Shown here: piece by piece, positions 38,968 to 39,756 of the stretch
Layout: every line of letters begins with the position of its first letter
Numbering within the stretch: position 1 is the stretch's first letter
Assembly (NCBI GenBank): GCA_035250975.1
Contig: DATFEP010000056.1
Coordinates: 1-39,756 of the forward strand
Reading direction: 5' to 3'
Length of the DNA: 39,756 nt
Source of the DNA: Nitrososphaeraceae archaeon
GTDB taxonomy: Archaea > Thermoproteota > Nitrososphaeria > Nitrososphaerales > Nitrososphaeraceae
The notes under the pieces: generated by a model
The model's input: only the letters and a program-made list of their open reading frames with translations
What the model was told of the DNA's origin: nothing
The model's database searches: none
Program-made: the position numbers and the translations under genes

Positions 38968-39205
38968 TTCCTTGTTTGGAAGATATACAAATCATGTTAA
39001 AGCTCTATATTATATTTTTTATTTATTTAATTTGCATAGTTATGTTTAAAATCTGAATTCATGCGTGTAAAATTTTTGTTATTTCTTATAAAGTCTAAAA
39101 GCAAAATATTTTAACAATATTACATCAAGATTTGAACATTGTTCTTTAATACAATATCAGTAAATTTCGATTGTGCAAGTTATTTTATGTAATAGAACAT
39201 TTAGG

Positions 39206-39756
39206 ATGTATCTCGATTTCTTTCTATTTTCATCCATTTTTCTATCTTTAATAATACTGCCAGTTGGAATCTATGGACAGTCAGAAACTGGTTCGTCTCC
39301 ATCTCCATCTCCATCTCCATCTCCATCTCCATCTCAGTATCCTATTCCAGGTGATATAGAGAAACAGATTCAAAATCTAATAGGTAACAGCATGAATAAA
39401 GTGATTCAAGATACTATCAACCAAGTAAAAATGGGGTTAAACAACAGTAGTAATACTACCATTATGACTGGAACTAATTCTTTGGCACCAAATACTTTTT
39501 CCAGTCCTGGAGCAAGTCCACCACCATCTAATATTGATAATCTCATTTCTTTATTAAACTCTGAACCAGAATCAGCAGTAAACTCAGCAGTAAACTCTGA
39601 ATCCTCTGAACCGGAACCAGCAGTAACCTCTGAACCGGAACCAGCAGTAACCTCTGAACCGGAACCAGCAGTAACCTCTGAACCGGAACCAGCAGTAACC
39701 TCTGAACCGGAACCAGCAGTAACCTCTGAACCGGAACCAGCAGTAACCTCTGAACC
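39206..39756 (+). CDS. Secreted Ser/Pro/Glu/Thr-rich repeat protein, 3'-truncated (absent from ORF track)
   Basis: MYLDFFLFSSIFLSLIILPVGIYGQSETGS(SP)6SQYPIPGDIEKQIQ...(SEPEPAVT)n; no stop before the window end. In-frame GTG at 39173 is an alternative start. Confidence 0.8.
   Translation, partial: MYLDFFLFSSIFLSLIILPVGIYGQSETGSSPSPSPSPSPSPSQYPIPGDIEKQIQNLIGNSMNKVIQDTINQVKMGLNNSSNTTIMTGTNSLAPNTFSSPGASPPPSNIDNLISLLNSEPESAVNSAVNSESSEPEPAVTSEPEPAVTSEPEPAVTSEPEPAVTSEPEPAVTSEPEPAVTSE
39296..39335 (+). repeat. Hexanucleotide microsatellite (TCTCCA)6 + TCTC encoding (Ser-Pro)6
   Basis: Read directly from the sequence. Confidence 0.95.
39603..39756 (+). repeat. Perfect 24-bp tandem repeat CCTCTGAACCGGAACCAGCAGTAA, 6 full copies plus a partial
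   Basis: Units start at 39603, 39627, 39651, 39675, 39699, 39723 and 39747; degenerate precursors at about 39560-39600. Confidence 0.97.

Noticed and set aside
1615-39049. Many 60-125 aa ORFs antisense to or nested in larger genes (e.g. 6258-6632, 10022-10354, 17548-17892, 20420-20749, 26652-26969)
   Set aside because: Shadow ORFs of well-supported genes, with no motifs of their own.
39603-39756. 24-bp repeats as a CRISPR array
   Set aside because: Units are head-to-tail with no spacers, are a multiple of 3 inside an ORF, and no cas genes are present.

Overview
AT-rich archaeal chromosomal segment. Gene content (cupredoxin plus half-size CtaA, CdvB/ESCRT-III paralogue, PAC2, DUF99, DUF6659-like, FxLYD and YVTN surface proteins, TATA boxes about 26-30 nt before start codons) points to an ammonia-oxidising archaeon of the Nitrososphaeraceae, probably Nitrosocosmicus-like (inference). 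About 41 CDS: housekeeping genes (ileS, nnrD, pyrD-pyrK, cysH-sat, nth), metal and tetrapyrrole genes (two ctaA, HutX-like, cbtBA, a DUF4443 regulator), an orphan m4C DNA methyltransferase, an eboB-like pair, a degenerate SelD-like protein, and several secreted proteins. The window ends inside a perfect 24-bp coding tandem repeat. No rRNA, tRNA, CRISPR array or transposase was recognised. Top leads: (1) a 618-aa double-SDR protein (1529-3385) with the architecture and motifs of the C-terminal half of Chloroflexus-type malonyl-CoA reductase, a candidate for the malonyl-CoA reductase that, to my knowledge, has no assigned gene in the thaumarchaeal 3HP/4HB carbon-fixation cycle; (2) an unannotated ~135-nt three-stem structured RNA candidate (22801-22935, minus strand) with its own TATA box. 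All family assignments are from motif recognition and memory, not database searches.
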